Positions 19,198 to 27,556 of a stretch of 64,000 nucleotides of DNA are shown here, one piece after another. Within the stretch, counting starts at the first letter, position 1, and every line of letters begins with the position of its first letter. Both the position numbers and the translations under genes were made by a program. Below the pieces are notes generated by a model that saw only the letters and a program-made list of their open reading frames with translations, did not search any database and had not been told where the DNA came from. The stretch lies in the sequence record OZ195934.1, one strand, 5' to 3'.

Positions 19198-20631
19198 TTA
19201 TAAAGCGTATCGGTCGACACCGACAGTCTTCAGCATGATTTTCACTGGCTCAAGCTCACCACCCAACAGCGACGTTAGAATTGAAGGGCTGCAACCCGAC
19301 ACTAACGCTGTGTTCGCTTCACCTGATTTAACAGGCACGTTGTCTAGACGACCACGCAAGTTCCAGAACACTAGTTGCGGCATTTCGTAGCCCGCGTTCG
19401 CATACATGACTTTGATTGCATCGAAGTTCGTAGTGTTACGAGTATGCCAGCCACCGCCAGTACGAGCTTGATCGAATTCCATATCGCTCATGATAAGCAA
19501 TTTGGTTGGCATTTCGTCTTGCGACAAGTTTGCCGTACGAGCGCGTTCAAGAAGAACTTCGAAGCATCGTGTGATGTTCGTGCTCATATCTTCGCCAGAT
19601 CGTTGCATGTTGTCAAGACGCGACTTCAAGCTATCACCCGTCAACTTGTGAAAGTGCGGATCACTTGAGAACGAAATGAATTGATCTTTGAAGATACCCT
19701 CATTACGTTCAGCGACGTAGATGCCAAGAGACATCGCAACTTCTTTACAAGTCACACTACCACCGTGTTCACCGTTGATACCACAGCCCATAGAGCCAGA
19801 AACATCAACAACTGGAATCACGCGCTCGTCAGAGCCTTCCATGTAGTTCGGTAGAGCTTTCCATTGCTCATTTGCAACACGATGGTCACCCATTTTAACG
19901 CTGCGAACAACATCGTACGGGTAAACAGCACCTGCATTGATCTTCGCTTCACCTTTCACAAGCGATGTGATGTACTCACCGTATGCAGATTCAGCGTTAC
20001 GACCGAATGCTTTCTGATAGCGTGCAGACGCTACAGATGGCAGTTTGCCGAACTCGATCTCGTCCCAATTACGAGCACACATCTTCTGTTCAACAGTGTC
20101 AGACAAAAGAGAGATCACTTTACGCCACTGCTTCGCGTTTACACCAACCGACTTGATTGTGCGCTTGAACACGATAGCGTTTTTGCTGCGCTCACGAGGA
20201 AACCACTTAGCAGCAAGCGCGTTTTTGTCATTGACAATCGCGTGTGTCCACAGAGTGATAGCATCAGCTTCAAGAGAAGTACCGAACGCAGATACTAAGT
20301 CATCGAAACGACCAAGTTCTGGGATCTTGCGCATAACTAGACGCGCCACTTCTGGTTGTTCTTTACACAGACGTGCAAAGATTTTGCGGAAAGTACCGCG
20401 CTCACCTGCACCGCCACGCACGTCGCGAGACCATAGCAAGATGCGAGTTGCAAGCTCAGGGTTTTCACCGAATGCGCGATTAAACGCAGTTAGTGACTGA
20501 TCATTACCGCGCATAGCGCCGATAGTGAAGAACAAGTTTAGACACTCGTTACCCGAAGTGCTGTGTGTTACTGCACCGTTTGCTGTACGTGAATCGTTAG
20601 ATTGCATAGCGTTCATAAATAAACTAGTCAT
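19198..20631 (-). CDS. DUF2828 Ro60/TROVE-related protein with C-terminal vWA domain
   Basis: RDVRGGAGER, AAKWFPRE, VYPYDV, VVDVSGSM (MIDAS), SDMEFD, LVFWNL; GGAG SD before ATG 20631. Confidence 0.85.
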   Translation of the reverse strand: MTSLFMNAMQSNDSRTANGAVTHSTSGNECLNLFFTIGAMRGNDQSLTAFNRAFGENPELATRILLWSRDVRGGAGERGTFRKIFARLCKEQPEVARLVMRKIPELGRFDDLVSAFGTSLEADAITLWTHAIVNDKNALAAKWFPRERSKNAIVFKRTIKSVGVNAKQWRKVISLLSDTVEQKMCARNWDEIEFGKLPSVASARYQKAFGRNAESAYGEYITSLVKGEAKINAGAVYPYDVVRSVKMGDHRVANEQWKALPNYMEGSDERVIPVVDVSGSMGCGINGEHGGSVTCKEVAMSLGIYVAERNEGIFKDQFISFSSDPHFHKLTGDSLKSRLDNMQRSGEDMSTNITRCFEVLLERARTANLSQDEMPTKLLIMSDMEFDQARTGGGWHTRNTTNFDAIKVMYANAGYEMPQLVFWNLRGRLDNVPVKSGEANTALVSGCSPSILTSLLGGELEPVKIMLKTVGVDRYAL

Positions 20632-20667
20632 TGCTGTAAGCTCCAAATATCAAGGATCAGAAAAATA

Positions 20668-21258
20668 ATGTTTCATATTGTATATCAAATAACAAATTTA
20701 ATAAACAACAAAATTTACGTCGGTAAGCATTCAACCGAAAACATTCATGACGAATACATGGGTTCGGGAAAGCTTTTGCTCAGAGCCATTAAAAAGTATG
20801 GCAAGGAGAATTTCACAAAAGACATACTGTTCGTATCATTAGACGAAAAGGATGCATATAAAGCAGAACATGAGATCGTGAATGAAGATTTTGTTCTCCG
20901 TGAAGACACATATAATCTCAAAGTTGGCGGTCTTGGTGGATCATCAGGAATAGAATCTCCATGCAAAGGTCGTCAACTGAGTGAAGATACTAAACTAAAA
21001 ATGAGAAAAAGTAAACAATTTTCTCAAAAACATTTAGATTATCTCTCAACTAAATTATCTGAGTACAACAAATCTAGACAAGGTGTTCAAAGAGACGATC
21101 TAAAGGGTAACTCAAACCCAATGCATCGAGGTAATTGGCATACACCCCACGGAATATTTGAAACATCAAGCGAAGCAGCGTGTGCCATAAAATGTAGTCA
21201 ATCAACAATTGTTAGACGTTGCAAAAATCCAAATTTTGAGGATTGGTACATCAAATAA
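20668..21258 (+). mobile_element. Free-standing GIY-YIG (Seg-like) homing endonuclease
   Basis: IVYQITNLINNKIYVGKH, YMGSG, YNL; AT-rich, antisense to neighbours. Confidence 0.88.
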
Positions 21259-21567
21259 CTATCGTTGTCTGTGCAACGATGTGCCATTCTTATGAATTTC
21301 GATCAGAATCGTGCCGCCAGTTTCGTAGTTCGTACGAACAGAACGATAGTCGTATTTCTCAAAGAAGTTGCGAATAATAGTCGCACCTTTCTTATCAGTA
21401 TCGGTAAGATGCACATCAACTTTGATGCGAATCGGGAAATCTGCGTTATTCTTGACAGCCGCCATGAATTCGCGTTCGCACTGCTTAGTGTAGTGCTCAG
21501 AAAGAACGCGACGTTCTTCTAGCACTCGCTCTTCGATGTTTTTACGTAGCTCGTCATGTTTAATCAT
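21259..21567 (-). CDS. Hypothetical protein
   Basis: ORF from MIKHDEL in minus-strand operon. Confidence 0.6.
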   Translation of the reverse strand: MIKHDELRKNIEERVLEERRVLSEHYTKQCEREFMAAVKNNADFPIRIKVDVHLTDTDKKGATIIRNFFEKYDYRSVRTNYETGGTILIEIHKNGTSLHRQR

Positions 21568-21569
21568 AA

Positions 21570-21896
21570 TTAAGAACCGTGATTTTTGTTGATAGTTAGT
21601 GTAACGTATGAATACGAACAAGAATTGTATTCACGCGGGTCAGAATCAGTGCGACCGAACTCGGCAGTGAAGTTATTAAACCCCTCTTTGCGCATAAGCT
21701 CTTTGATGATCGTCATGAACTGCGAGTTTGCTTCTGTTTGACTCTTCAATGTCACTTGAACAGTCACAGGAAACGCATAGCCATTCACTGAGTTGATTCG
21801 TTTCTCGAACGATTTGCGCATATCGCGACCAAACTCTTCCATGCGAGTCGTCTTGTTGTTCTCAACGCGTTCGACTAGTTGTTCGTATAAACTCAT
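21570..21896 (-). CDS. Hypothetical protein
   Basis: ORF from MSLYEQ with SD. Confidence 0.6.
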   Translation of the reverse strand: MSLYEQLVERVENNKTTRMEEFGRDMRKSFEKRINSVNGYAFPVTVQVTLKSQTEANSQFMTIIKELMRKEGFNNFTAEFGRTDSDPREYNSCSYSYVTLTINKNHGS

Positions 21897-21897
21897 A

Positions 21898-22197
21898 TTA
21901 CACCCCAAGAACATTTGGCAATTGCGAAATGGTATATGTGCTTTCTTGCACACGACCGCGAAACTTCACAAGCATACGATGACTGAAGTCGTCTGGGTGC
22001 TCATCTAAAAGATCAGCATACTTCCACAAGCCACATTCATTGCGCATACTCTGACCGATTGAGTGATGATACACTGCTAAATCAGATTCATCAGCAAGAA
22101 ACGCTTCACGATGCTCTTTCGGAGTATCTTGCCAGATGCCTTTTAACCAACGCTGACAGTGCGCTTCTAAGATCTTTTTAACAATTGCAGTTTTCAT
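21898..22197 (-). CDS. Hypothetical protein
   Basis: ORF; HHSIGQSMRNECGLW, HPDDFS. Confidence 0.65.
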   Translation of the reverse strand: MKTAIVKKILEAHCQRWLKGIWQDTPKEHREAFLADESDLAVYHHSIGQSMRNECGLWKYADLLDEHPDDFSHRMLVKFRGRVQESTYTISQLPNVLGV

Positions 22198-22562
22198 TGA
22201 TAGTCCTTAATGTCGTTGTCGAAGTGACGAATGCACGAGCTATCAAGTCTCGGGCGATCATCGTCTTCAGTGATTGATGGTAGTGTGTAATTATCGTTGA
22301 ACGGCTGACCGCTTGCTTTAGCGATTTCGTACGCGTCTGCACGATTGAAATACTCACCACAATAGTTGATGAAACCTTGCCCGCGATCACCGAGTTCTTT
22401 TCGATGTTCGATTGTACAGCCCGCTTTCTTCAGTGCTTTCATTACACCAGACATGTTGCGACCGAAGTGACAGCTATCAGCTATCACAAGTTCTTCAGTC
22501 GAACCATCGGGGTATGTTACGCGTATCGCGTTTGCAGCAGCAGAAATAATGTTTACGTGCAT
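22194..22562 (-). CDS. Conserved hypothetical phage protein
   Basis: QGFINYCGEYFNRADAYEIA..GQ pattern. Confidence 0.6.
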   Translation of the reverse strand: MHVNIISAAANAIRVTYPDGSTEELVIADSCHFGRNMSGVMKALKKAGCTIEHRKELGDRGQGFINYCGEYFNRADAYEIAKASGQPFNDNYTLPSITEDDDRPRLDSSCIRHFDNDIKDYQ

Positions 22563-22909
22563 GTATCGAGCCTCATAAAAATGTTACCGATTTTCTTGTA
22601 CTGTTTAGACGCCATGATCATGTTCGTCATCTTCAAGTTACCGACCGGATTGCTCGTTACAAGAACAATCGTGTACGGATAATTGCGATGATCCATAGCG
22701 TGTGATAGAATATCGCTTCCCTCTTTGCCGACTACATCACCGAGATCATTGTCCATTAGCAACGTAATGTCAGTCAAGTTCGTGTGCTTCACGAAATTCA
22801 TTCCCTGTTCGAACGTTCGAAGTGTCAGCTTTTGAGCTGCATTCACTGTGTCGTTCGTCAACTTGTTGATGTCTCGAAGATCATCAATCAAAATATACAT
22901 GTGTTTCAT
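22553..22909 (-). CDS. Cyclic-phosphate-processing receiver (cREC)-like protein
   Basis: ILIDDLR, LMDNDLG, EGSDIL, TSNPVG match stand-alone receiver pattern LDD.R / DHDLG / S.Np.G. Confidence 0.7.
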   Translation of the reverse strand: MKHMYILIDDLRDINKLTNDTVNAAQKLTLRTFEQGMNFVKHTNLTDITLLMDNDLGDVVGKEGSDILSHAMDHRNYPYTIVLVTSNPVGNLKMTNMIMASKQYKKIGNIFMRLDTCT

Positions 22910-23155
22910 TACACAACCTCTAACCAATATGCTAATTCATTTGCTGAAGCTAAAGCAGGCGTATAAGAAATCCAGTAGTCTAGATTCTGAGTCATCGACT
23001 CAAGATAGCAATACTCTGAGTCTGCGCTGAAACGATAAATAAACTCATCGTCTTTATACGCATCGACCACTTTAGAACGAGGATTGACTTTAACATCGAA
23101 CCCCGCGTTCTTAAACAACGCAATTGCTGTCTCGTGTTCTGCTTCAAGTAGCGTC
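22909..23155 (-). CDS. Hypothetical protein
   Basis: ORF from MTLLEAEH downstream of a TTGACA promoter. Confidence 0.55.
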
Positions 23156-23216
23156 ATATTATTCTCAGTAGTTGTTTTGATAAATACAAGATACAGAAAA
23201 ACTATACGAGTGTCAA

Positions 23217-23585
23217 ATGAAAAGTGAAAAAAGAACAGACTTTTCTTCGTATCTAGAGGAATCATGGATTCAGAAGAAATACACAGAGTATCAAAATGGG
23301 GCTGAAGCGCGTGCTATGAGACGCATCGGCAAACATCTAACGCGACTGAACAAGCTTGAGAAGAAAGCCGAATCAAACAAACACAAGCCAGAAGTGCAAC
23401 GATTCAACTTGATGGACATTTCATTGACGGTAAATGAAGCTAGACACGACATCAAGAAGCTTCGACGCAAGAACATGAGCAAAGACATGCACGATGAACT
23501 AATCGAAGTAGAGCGCGAACTAGACCGATTTAAGCAGTATTCCGATGAGGGATTGAACTACTTGATGATTAATCAGTTAATTTAG
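23217..23585 (+). CDS. Hypothetical basic helical protein
   Basis: ORF with late-like GATAAATA upstream; ends at bidirectional terminator 23589-23615. Confidence 0.6.
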   Translation: MKSEKRTDFSSYLEESWIQKKYTEYQNGAEARAMRRIGKHLTRLNKLEKKAESNKHKPEVQRFNLMDISLTVNEARHDIKKLRRKNMSKDMHDELIEVERELDRFKQYSDEGLNYLMINQLI

Positions 23586-23619
23586 ACCAAAAAAAGCCCG
23601 CTAAATGCGGGCTTTGTCG

Positions 23620-23832
23620 TTAATAGTTATGGCGTAACTTGCGATTGATCGTTTGATCAACAATCGTGGAGTACATCAAATGCTCTTTGTAATATTTCTC
23701 ATCAACTCGATTGCATTGAAATTGTCGAAAGTCTTTGCGCAGTCTCGCAATGAATTTATTCAGTGCTTTGCGAACTTTGCAGACTTCGTTTAATTCCATG
23801 TTTTTCAGTGTTTCTTCAGAAAGTATTTCCAT
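23620..23832 (-). CDS. Hypothetical protein
   Basis: ORF from MEILSEE with AGAGG SD. Confidence 0.55.
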   Translation of the reverse strand: MEILSEETLKNMELNEVCKVRKALNKFIARLRKDFRQFQCNRVDEKYYKEHLMYSTIVDQTINRKLRHNY

Positions 23833-23862
23833 GATTGTTACCTCTAGGTTATTAGACATAAA

Positions 23863-23905
23863 GGCGAGGTCGGGACTCGAACCCAAACATTGCACCATTC
23901 TCACC
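23863..23905 (-). pseudogene. tRNA minihelix-like remnant (acceptor stem plus T-arm only)
   Basis: GGTGAGA-12 nt-TTGGG TTCGAGT CCCGA-CCTCGCC, no CCA. Confidence 0.5.
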
Positions 23906-23932
23906 ATCGAGAAAGTTACACCATCTTACAGC

Positions 23933-24157
23933 TTAGTGTGCCATAGCTTGAAGTCTGCGCATACGATCACGCAGTTCAAGTTCAGATAAGTCTTCGACTT
24001 TCTCTTCCACTTTGAATTCTTCTACCGGCTCGCCGTCTTTCTTAGCATTGGGACCAATGTTATCCCACAATGGCGAGTTGTGCCACGCGTCTGAACATTG
24101 ATTACCCATACCGCGCCCTTGACGAGCACTTGATTTATCGTGAATTGATTTTGCCAT
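23933..24157 (-). CDS. Hypothetical protein
   Basis: ORF coupled to upstream gene. Confidence 0.6.
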   Translation of the reverse strand: MAKSIHDKSSARQGRGMGNQCSDAWHNSPLWDNIGPNAKKDGEPVEEFKVEEKVEDLSELELRDRMRRLQAMAH

Positions 24158-24381
24158 TATTCGTTTGACTTCTTAGTTACTTGTCGACCAACACCAACTG
24201 CGGCACCTACAGCAGCAGCACCGGCAGCTTTACCCGCTTTCTTAGCACCAGACTTGGCAGCAGACTTAGCACGATCTTTCACTGACGGCTTTTTCTTAGC
24301 AGGCTTTTTCTTGTCATCGGACGGCTTTTCTTTTTCTTCGTCTAACTGAGACATAAATTGATCAAATGTTTTGTCACTCAT
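24157..24381 (-). CDS. Lys/Ala-rich basic protein, candidate internal head protein
   Basis: MSDKTFDQFMSQLDE N-terminus, histone-like tail, TCTAAATA late-like promoter upstream. Confidence 0.55.
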   Translation of the reverse strand: MSDKTFDQFMSQLDEEKEKPSDDKKKPAKKKPSVKDRAKSAAKSGAKKAGKAAGAAAVGAAVGVGRQVTKKSNE

Positions 24382-24412
24382 GTGAGTTCTCCATTGTTGT
24401 AGTTAAATGTAT

Positions 24413-24793
24413 TTAGACAAACAACTTTCGGGATAGCTGCACATCGAATTCACGACGAAATGTACAACGCTCATCACCCATCAAAACATCATCAAGCGTA
24501 AAACGCTGACGCTTACGAGAAGTCGCAGTTTCCATCCAACGCGTCATAGCGTCTTCTGTATCGAATTCTAAGCGTCTGCAACGCTGATTAGGTGCATTGT
24601 GTTGACTTCTATCGGTATACGTCTCATAGAGAAACATGCCGCGAACTAGAGCAGCATCAAGCGTGCTTCTGAACTTAACTGTCACGCCATCGATGTCATC
24701 GAACGAACGCATAGTTAAAATCACAGTCGTGTCTTTTTCTTTAGCTATTCGCTTCATCTTCTCGATTGAAACTAGCTTTTCACTTTTGAACAT
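24413..24793 (-). CDS. Hypothetical protein
   Basis: ORF with SD and promoter upstream. Confidence 0.6.
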   Translation of the reverse strand: MFKSEKLVSIEKMKRIAKEKDTTVILTMRSFDDIDGVTVKFRSTLDAALVRGMFLYETYTDRSQHNAPNQRCRRLEFDTEDAMTRWMETATSRKRQRFTLDDVLMGDERCTFRREFDVQLSRKLFV

Positions 24794-24852
24794 ATATTGT
24801 ACCTTTCATTTCACTTTTCTTCAGCATACTGCATTTTCTAACCGACATAAAC

Positions 24853-24879
24853 AAAAAAACCCGCCTAAAGAGGCGGGTT
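24853..24879 (-). terminator. Terminator ending the tRNA/ncRNA array
   Basis: AACCCGCC-TCTTTA-GGCGGGTT-T tract. Confidence 0.85.
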
Positions 24880-24893
24880 CATCGTGCATAAAC

Positions 24894-25084
24894 AGACATT
24901 CGTGAACAGTTTTAAAGTCTTTCGCATTAATCACATTTGACTTTCATGTTTAACGATACATGAATCCCTACCAACAAGTTGATAGTCGTACCTTCGAGTT
25001 TATTGCTTTAAGTCACCGAGAATGCGGCTATGCGTTACTCTATCTCTTATTTAAGTTTTGTTAGTTGGTTGCTGTACAATGTCT
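24894..25084 (-). ncRNA. Motif RNA E1 (end-paired, ACAGCAACC motif)
   Basis: 5' AGACATT-GT-ACAGCAACC ... ACG-AATGTCT 3'. Confidence 0.7.
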
Positions 25085-25094
25085 TTGCAAAATT

Positions 25095-25183
25095 TGGCGG
25101 AGATACTGGGAGTCGAACCCAGAGAACGCTATTAACGTCCGACACCTTAGCAGGGTGCTGTCATACCATTAGACCATATCTCC
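25095..25183 (-). tRNA. tRNA-Ser(GCT)
   Basis: Cloverleaf, long variable arm, CCA. Confidence 0.95.
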
Positions 25184-25314
25184 AGTTCGGAATGCTGCTC
25201 TCATTCTCAACTACATATTTGCTCTTATCGCTGCCGTGTAGTACGAGCTTCGCAGGTTCGCTTTCGATAATTTTAAGAGCAGGGCGACTCATACCAGCTC
25301 TATTCAAGCGAACT
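25184..25314 (-). ncRNA. Putative structured RNA (~130 nt)
   Basis: AGTTCG/CGAACT, GAAT/ATTC and GCTCTTA/TAAGAGC stems in a tRNA spacer. Confidence 0.4.
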
Positions 25315-25320
25315 TGAATT

Positions 25321-25398
25321 TGGTGCCCAACCCGAGATTCGAACTCGGAACTTCTAGCGTTTGAAACTAGCGACTCTGCCAGATTGGCCTAGTTGGGC
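25321..25398 (-). tRNA. tRNA-Leu(CAA)
   Basis: Cloverleaf, loop TTCAAAC, short variable arm, CCA. Confidence 0.9.
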
Positions 25399-25404
25399 AA
25401 TGTT

Positions 25405-25481
25405 TGGTACGCGTGGGCGGATTCGAACCGCCATCCCTGAGATTTTAAGCCTCATGCCTCTGCCAATTGGACCACACGCGC
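25405..25481 (-). tRNA. tRNA-Leu(TAA)
   Basis: Cloverleaf, loop CTTAAAA, CCA. Confidence 0.92.
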
Positions 25482-25483
25482 AT

Positions 25484-25557
25484 TGGAGCTCGTACACAGA
25501 ATCGAACTGTGACCAAGTGATTTGCAATCACTTATACTACCGTTATACGATACGAGC
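25484..25557 (-). tRNA. tRNA-Cys(GCA)
   Basis: Cloverleaf, loop TTGCAAA, U73, CCA. Confidence 0.93.
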
Positions 25558-25567
25558 AAATGTACTT

Positions 25568-25644
25568 TGGGGTGACAGACGGGGACCGAACCCGCATTTT
25601 CCGGAATCACAACCCGGAGGTATTTCCACTTCACCCACTGCCAC
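25568..25644 (-). tRNA. tRNA-His(GTG)
   Basis: Loop TTGTGAT, C73; atypical T-loop TTCGGTC; flanked by TGTACTTTGG/CCAAAGTACA inverted repeat. Confidence 0.85.
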
Positions 25645-25715
25645 ACCAAAGTACACTCTGGGACATATAACGTTTATCAACCGGACTCATTTACGTGGGT
25701 CATTCGAGCAAAGCA

Positions 25716-25961
25716 CTACTTTGCTAGTAAGTTTTCTTTCTTGAGATATATACTATCACTTGAGAGTTCGCGAGTAAACATATTTCTGAAATAAATTTGC
25801 ACATCGTCTTCAGTCGTGTTCGACTCAATTTTCTGCGCTAATTCGAGAATTTTGCTTCGCTTGTATCCCTTTCGCCAACAGTCAAACATCAGTTTGTCCA
25901 TTTCTTTCAGTTTTTCGACCTGATTCGGGTGTACATATTCGCGTGTTTCAAGTAATGACAT
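25716..25961 (-). CDS. Hypothetical protein in tRNA array
   Basis: ORF from MSLLETR; contains a promoter (TTTACT-17-TAGTAT, 25750-25778) for downstream tRNAs. Confidence 0.55.
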   Translation of the reverse strand: MSLLETREYVHPNQVEKLKEMDKLMFDCWRKGYKRSKILELAQKIESNTTEDDVQIYFRNMFTRELSSDSIYLKKENLLAK

Positions 25962-25981
25962 AGTATATTGCTCATAAAGAA

Positions 25982-26056
25982 TGGTAGTCCCTGAGAATTT
26001 CGAAATCTCGACCTTCGCCATGTAAAAGCGGTGCTCTGCCTCTGAGCTAAGGGACT
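25982..26056 (-). tRNA. tRNA-Val(TAC)
   Basis: Cloverleaf, loop TTTACAT, CCA. Confidence 0.9.
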
Positions 26057-26061
26057 ATAAT

Positions 26062-26137
26062 TGGAACGTGTAACGAGATTCGAACTCGTACCTTCGGTTT
26101 GGAAGACCGTAATGCTACCGTTAAACACCATACACGC
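26062..26137 (-). tRNA. tRNA-Gly(TCC)
   Basis: Cloverleaf, loop CTTCCAA, CCA. Confidence 0.93.
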
Positions 26138-26429
26138 ATTGTTAATCAGACGCATTGAACAAGTCTTGAATTGCTTTCAAGTTGCTCAACTCTACTTCAA
26201 GTGTTCTTATAAAGAACGGGTTAGTCTCTACAGAGAGACGATATTCAACATCGCGAATGAATCGACCGATGTTGCCCTTGCTTAGTGTAAAGTAGTCATG
26301 CTTCTTTCTCTTCGTTTGAGGTTAGAATTAGATGAACGTGTTCGTTAACTTCTTGCTCAATCTGCCATTGTTCATAGACATATTCAGCATACAAAAGTGT
26401 TTCGTACATAATTCACCTTTCTTAAAATG

Positions 26430-26506
26430 TGGTAGTGACTCTGAGGTTCGAACTCAGTACCAGCGGCGTATGAAACCACGACTTTACCATCATAAGCTAA
26501 GTCACC
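26430..26506 (-). tRNA. tRNA-Met(CAT)
   Basis: Cloverleaf, loop TTCATAC, CCA. Confidence 0.85.
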
Positions 26507-26614
26507 AAAGCAGATATTAACGTATTTAATCAGCACACGGGCTTGACACCACATTGTTTGTGGTCTACGTGAAGAACCTCTGCACAACAATCCCGCTCTA
26601 ATTGCGTTATGTGG

Positions 26615-26920
26615 TGACTGTCACGAGGAATCTAGTCTTCTTTAAGTGCCTTTCGGCTGTAATAAAGTACAGACAATAACGAAGTGTTTTTTCGTCTTTT
26701 ACATAAATCGCAGTTGACTATCTTGTTACTCTAACAAGCAAGTATCGACTACCTCAGCGTCGCGCCTAGACTGTGTATTTCTACACGCCACATCTTTCGT
26801 TACAAGTCTCGACCTAGCACGTTGTTGCTGTGCTGAACGTCTCGAACCCACGCTAAGACCTAATCATTGTTTTAGTAGATTAGTAGTTTGGTTGCTGCAT
26901 ATTGTCTTACGTGACAGTCA
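26615..26920 (-). ncRNA. Large motif RNA E2 (nested end-pairing)
   Basis: 11-bp IR TGACTGTCACG/CGTGACAGTCA enclosing AGACAATA-TGCAGCAACC...TATTGTCT (26671-26907). Confidence 0.7.
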
Positions 26921-27002
26921 AACACACAATGCCGAAACAATATGCCGAGACGTTCACGCTCTTATTTTTCAAGTTCACACTATCGTAGTGACTCTCGTGA
27001 TA

Positions 27003-27078
27003 TGGCATCCCCAGAAAGATTTGAACTTTCAACCCCGAATTTAGAAGATTCGTGCTCTTCCAATTGAGCTATGAGGAC
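27003..27078 (-). tRNA. tRNA-Arg(TCT)
   Basis: Cloverleaf, loop CTTCTAA, CCA. Confidence 0.93.
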
Positions 27079-27154
27079 ATCAATAAGATTCGAACCATAA
27101 GATCTTGTGACACGATGGTAGTAAAGAGAGTGTCTATCTCATGTGTTCGAAATT

Positions 27155-27230
27155 TGGTGGAGCTTGAGGGTTACGATCCCTCTACTTCTCCGTGCAAGGG
27201 AGATGTTTTACCGATTAGCACTAAAGCCCC
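27155..27230 (-). tRNA. tRNA-Ala(TGC)
   Basis: G3:U70, loop CTTGCAC; atypical T-loop ATCGTAA. Confidence 0.9.
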
Positions 27231-27237
27231 AAATTGT

Positions 27238-27450
27238 CTATTTTAACTCTGTGACGCCTATATTTTTCCAATCAAACAGACCATCGACATCTTCAAGCGA
27301 TTCGCCAGTCACGTCTGCAATATAAGCAGCGACTTTCGATTCGATTTCGTCATTACTTAGAGACTCATCAACAGTGAAAATCTCTTCGTTGTTATTACCA
27401 CCGAATGTGCCGTTAATGTCGTATTCACACCAAACTGATATGTATTTCAT
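27238..27450 (-). CDS. Small acidic hypothetical protein
   Basis: 70-aa ORF with GAGA SD. Confidence 0.6.
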   Translation of the reverse strand: MKYISVWCEYDINGTFGGNNNEEIFTVDESLSNDEIESKVAAYIADVTGESLEDVDGLFDWKNIGVTELK

Positions 27451-27475
27451 AATGTCTCACAAAGTTAATAAAATA

Positions 27476-27550
27476 TGGTGCTCCCGGACAGACTCGAACT
27501 GCCATAACCTGATTACAAAACAGGGATAATCGCCTTTATATTACGGGAGC
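27476..27550 (-). tRNA. tRNA-Thr(TGT)
   Basis: Cloverleaf, loop TTTGTAA, CCA. Confidence 0.9.
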
Positions 27551-27556
27551 GAAACT

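Noticed and set aside
21259-21896. Possible distant paralogy of two adjacent small ORFs (FP.xV.V...TII)
   Set aside because: Similarity is too weak to support without an alignment tool.
26145-26410. Two overlapping short minus-strand frames (37 aa ORF and ~58 codons without a start) suggesting a frameshift
   Set aside because: No slippery site or homology support. It may be a decayed gene.
26507-27002. RNase P RNA, group I/II intron or tmRNA in the large spacer
   Set aside because: Hallmark conserved motifs (e.g. GAGGAAAGUCC, group II domain V, tmRNA ends) were not found by eye.
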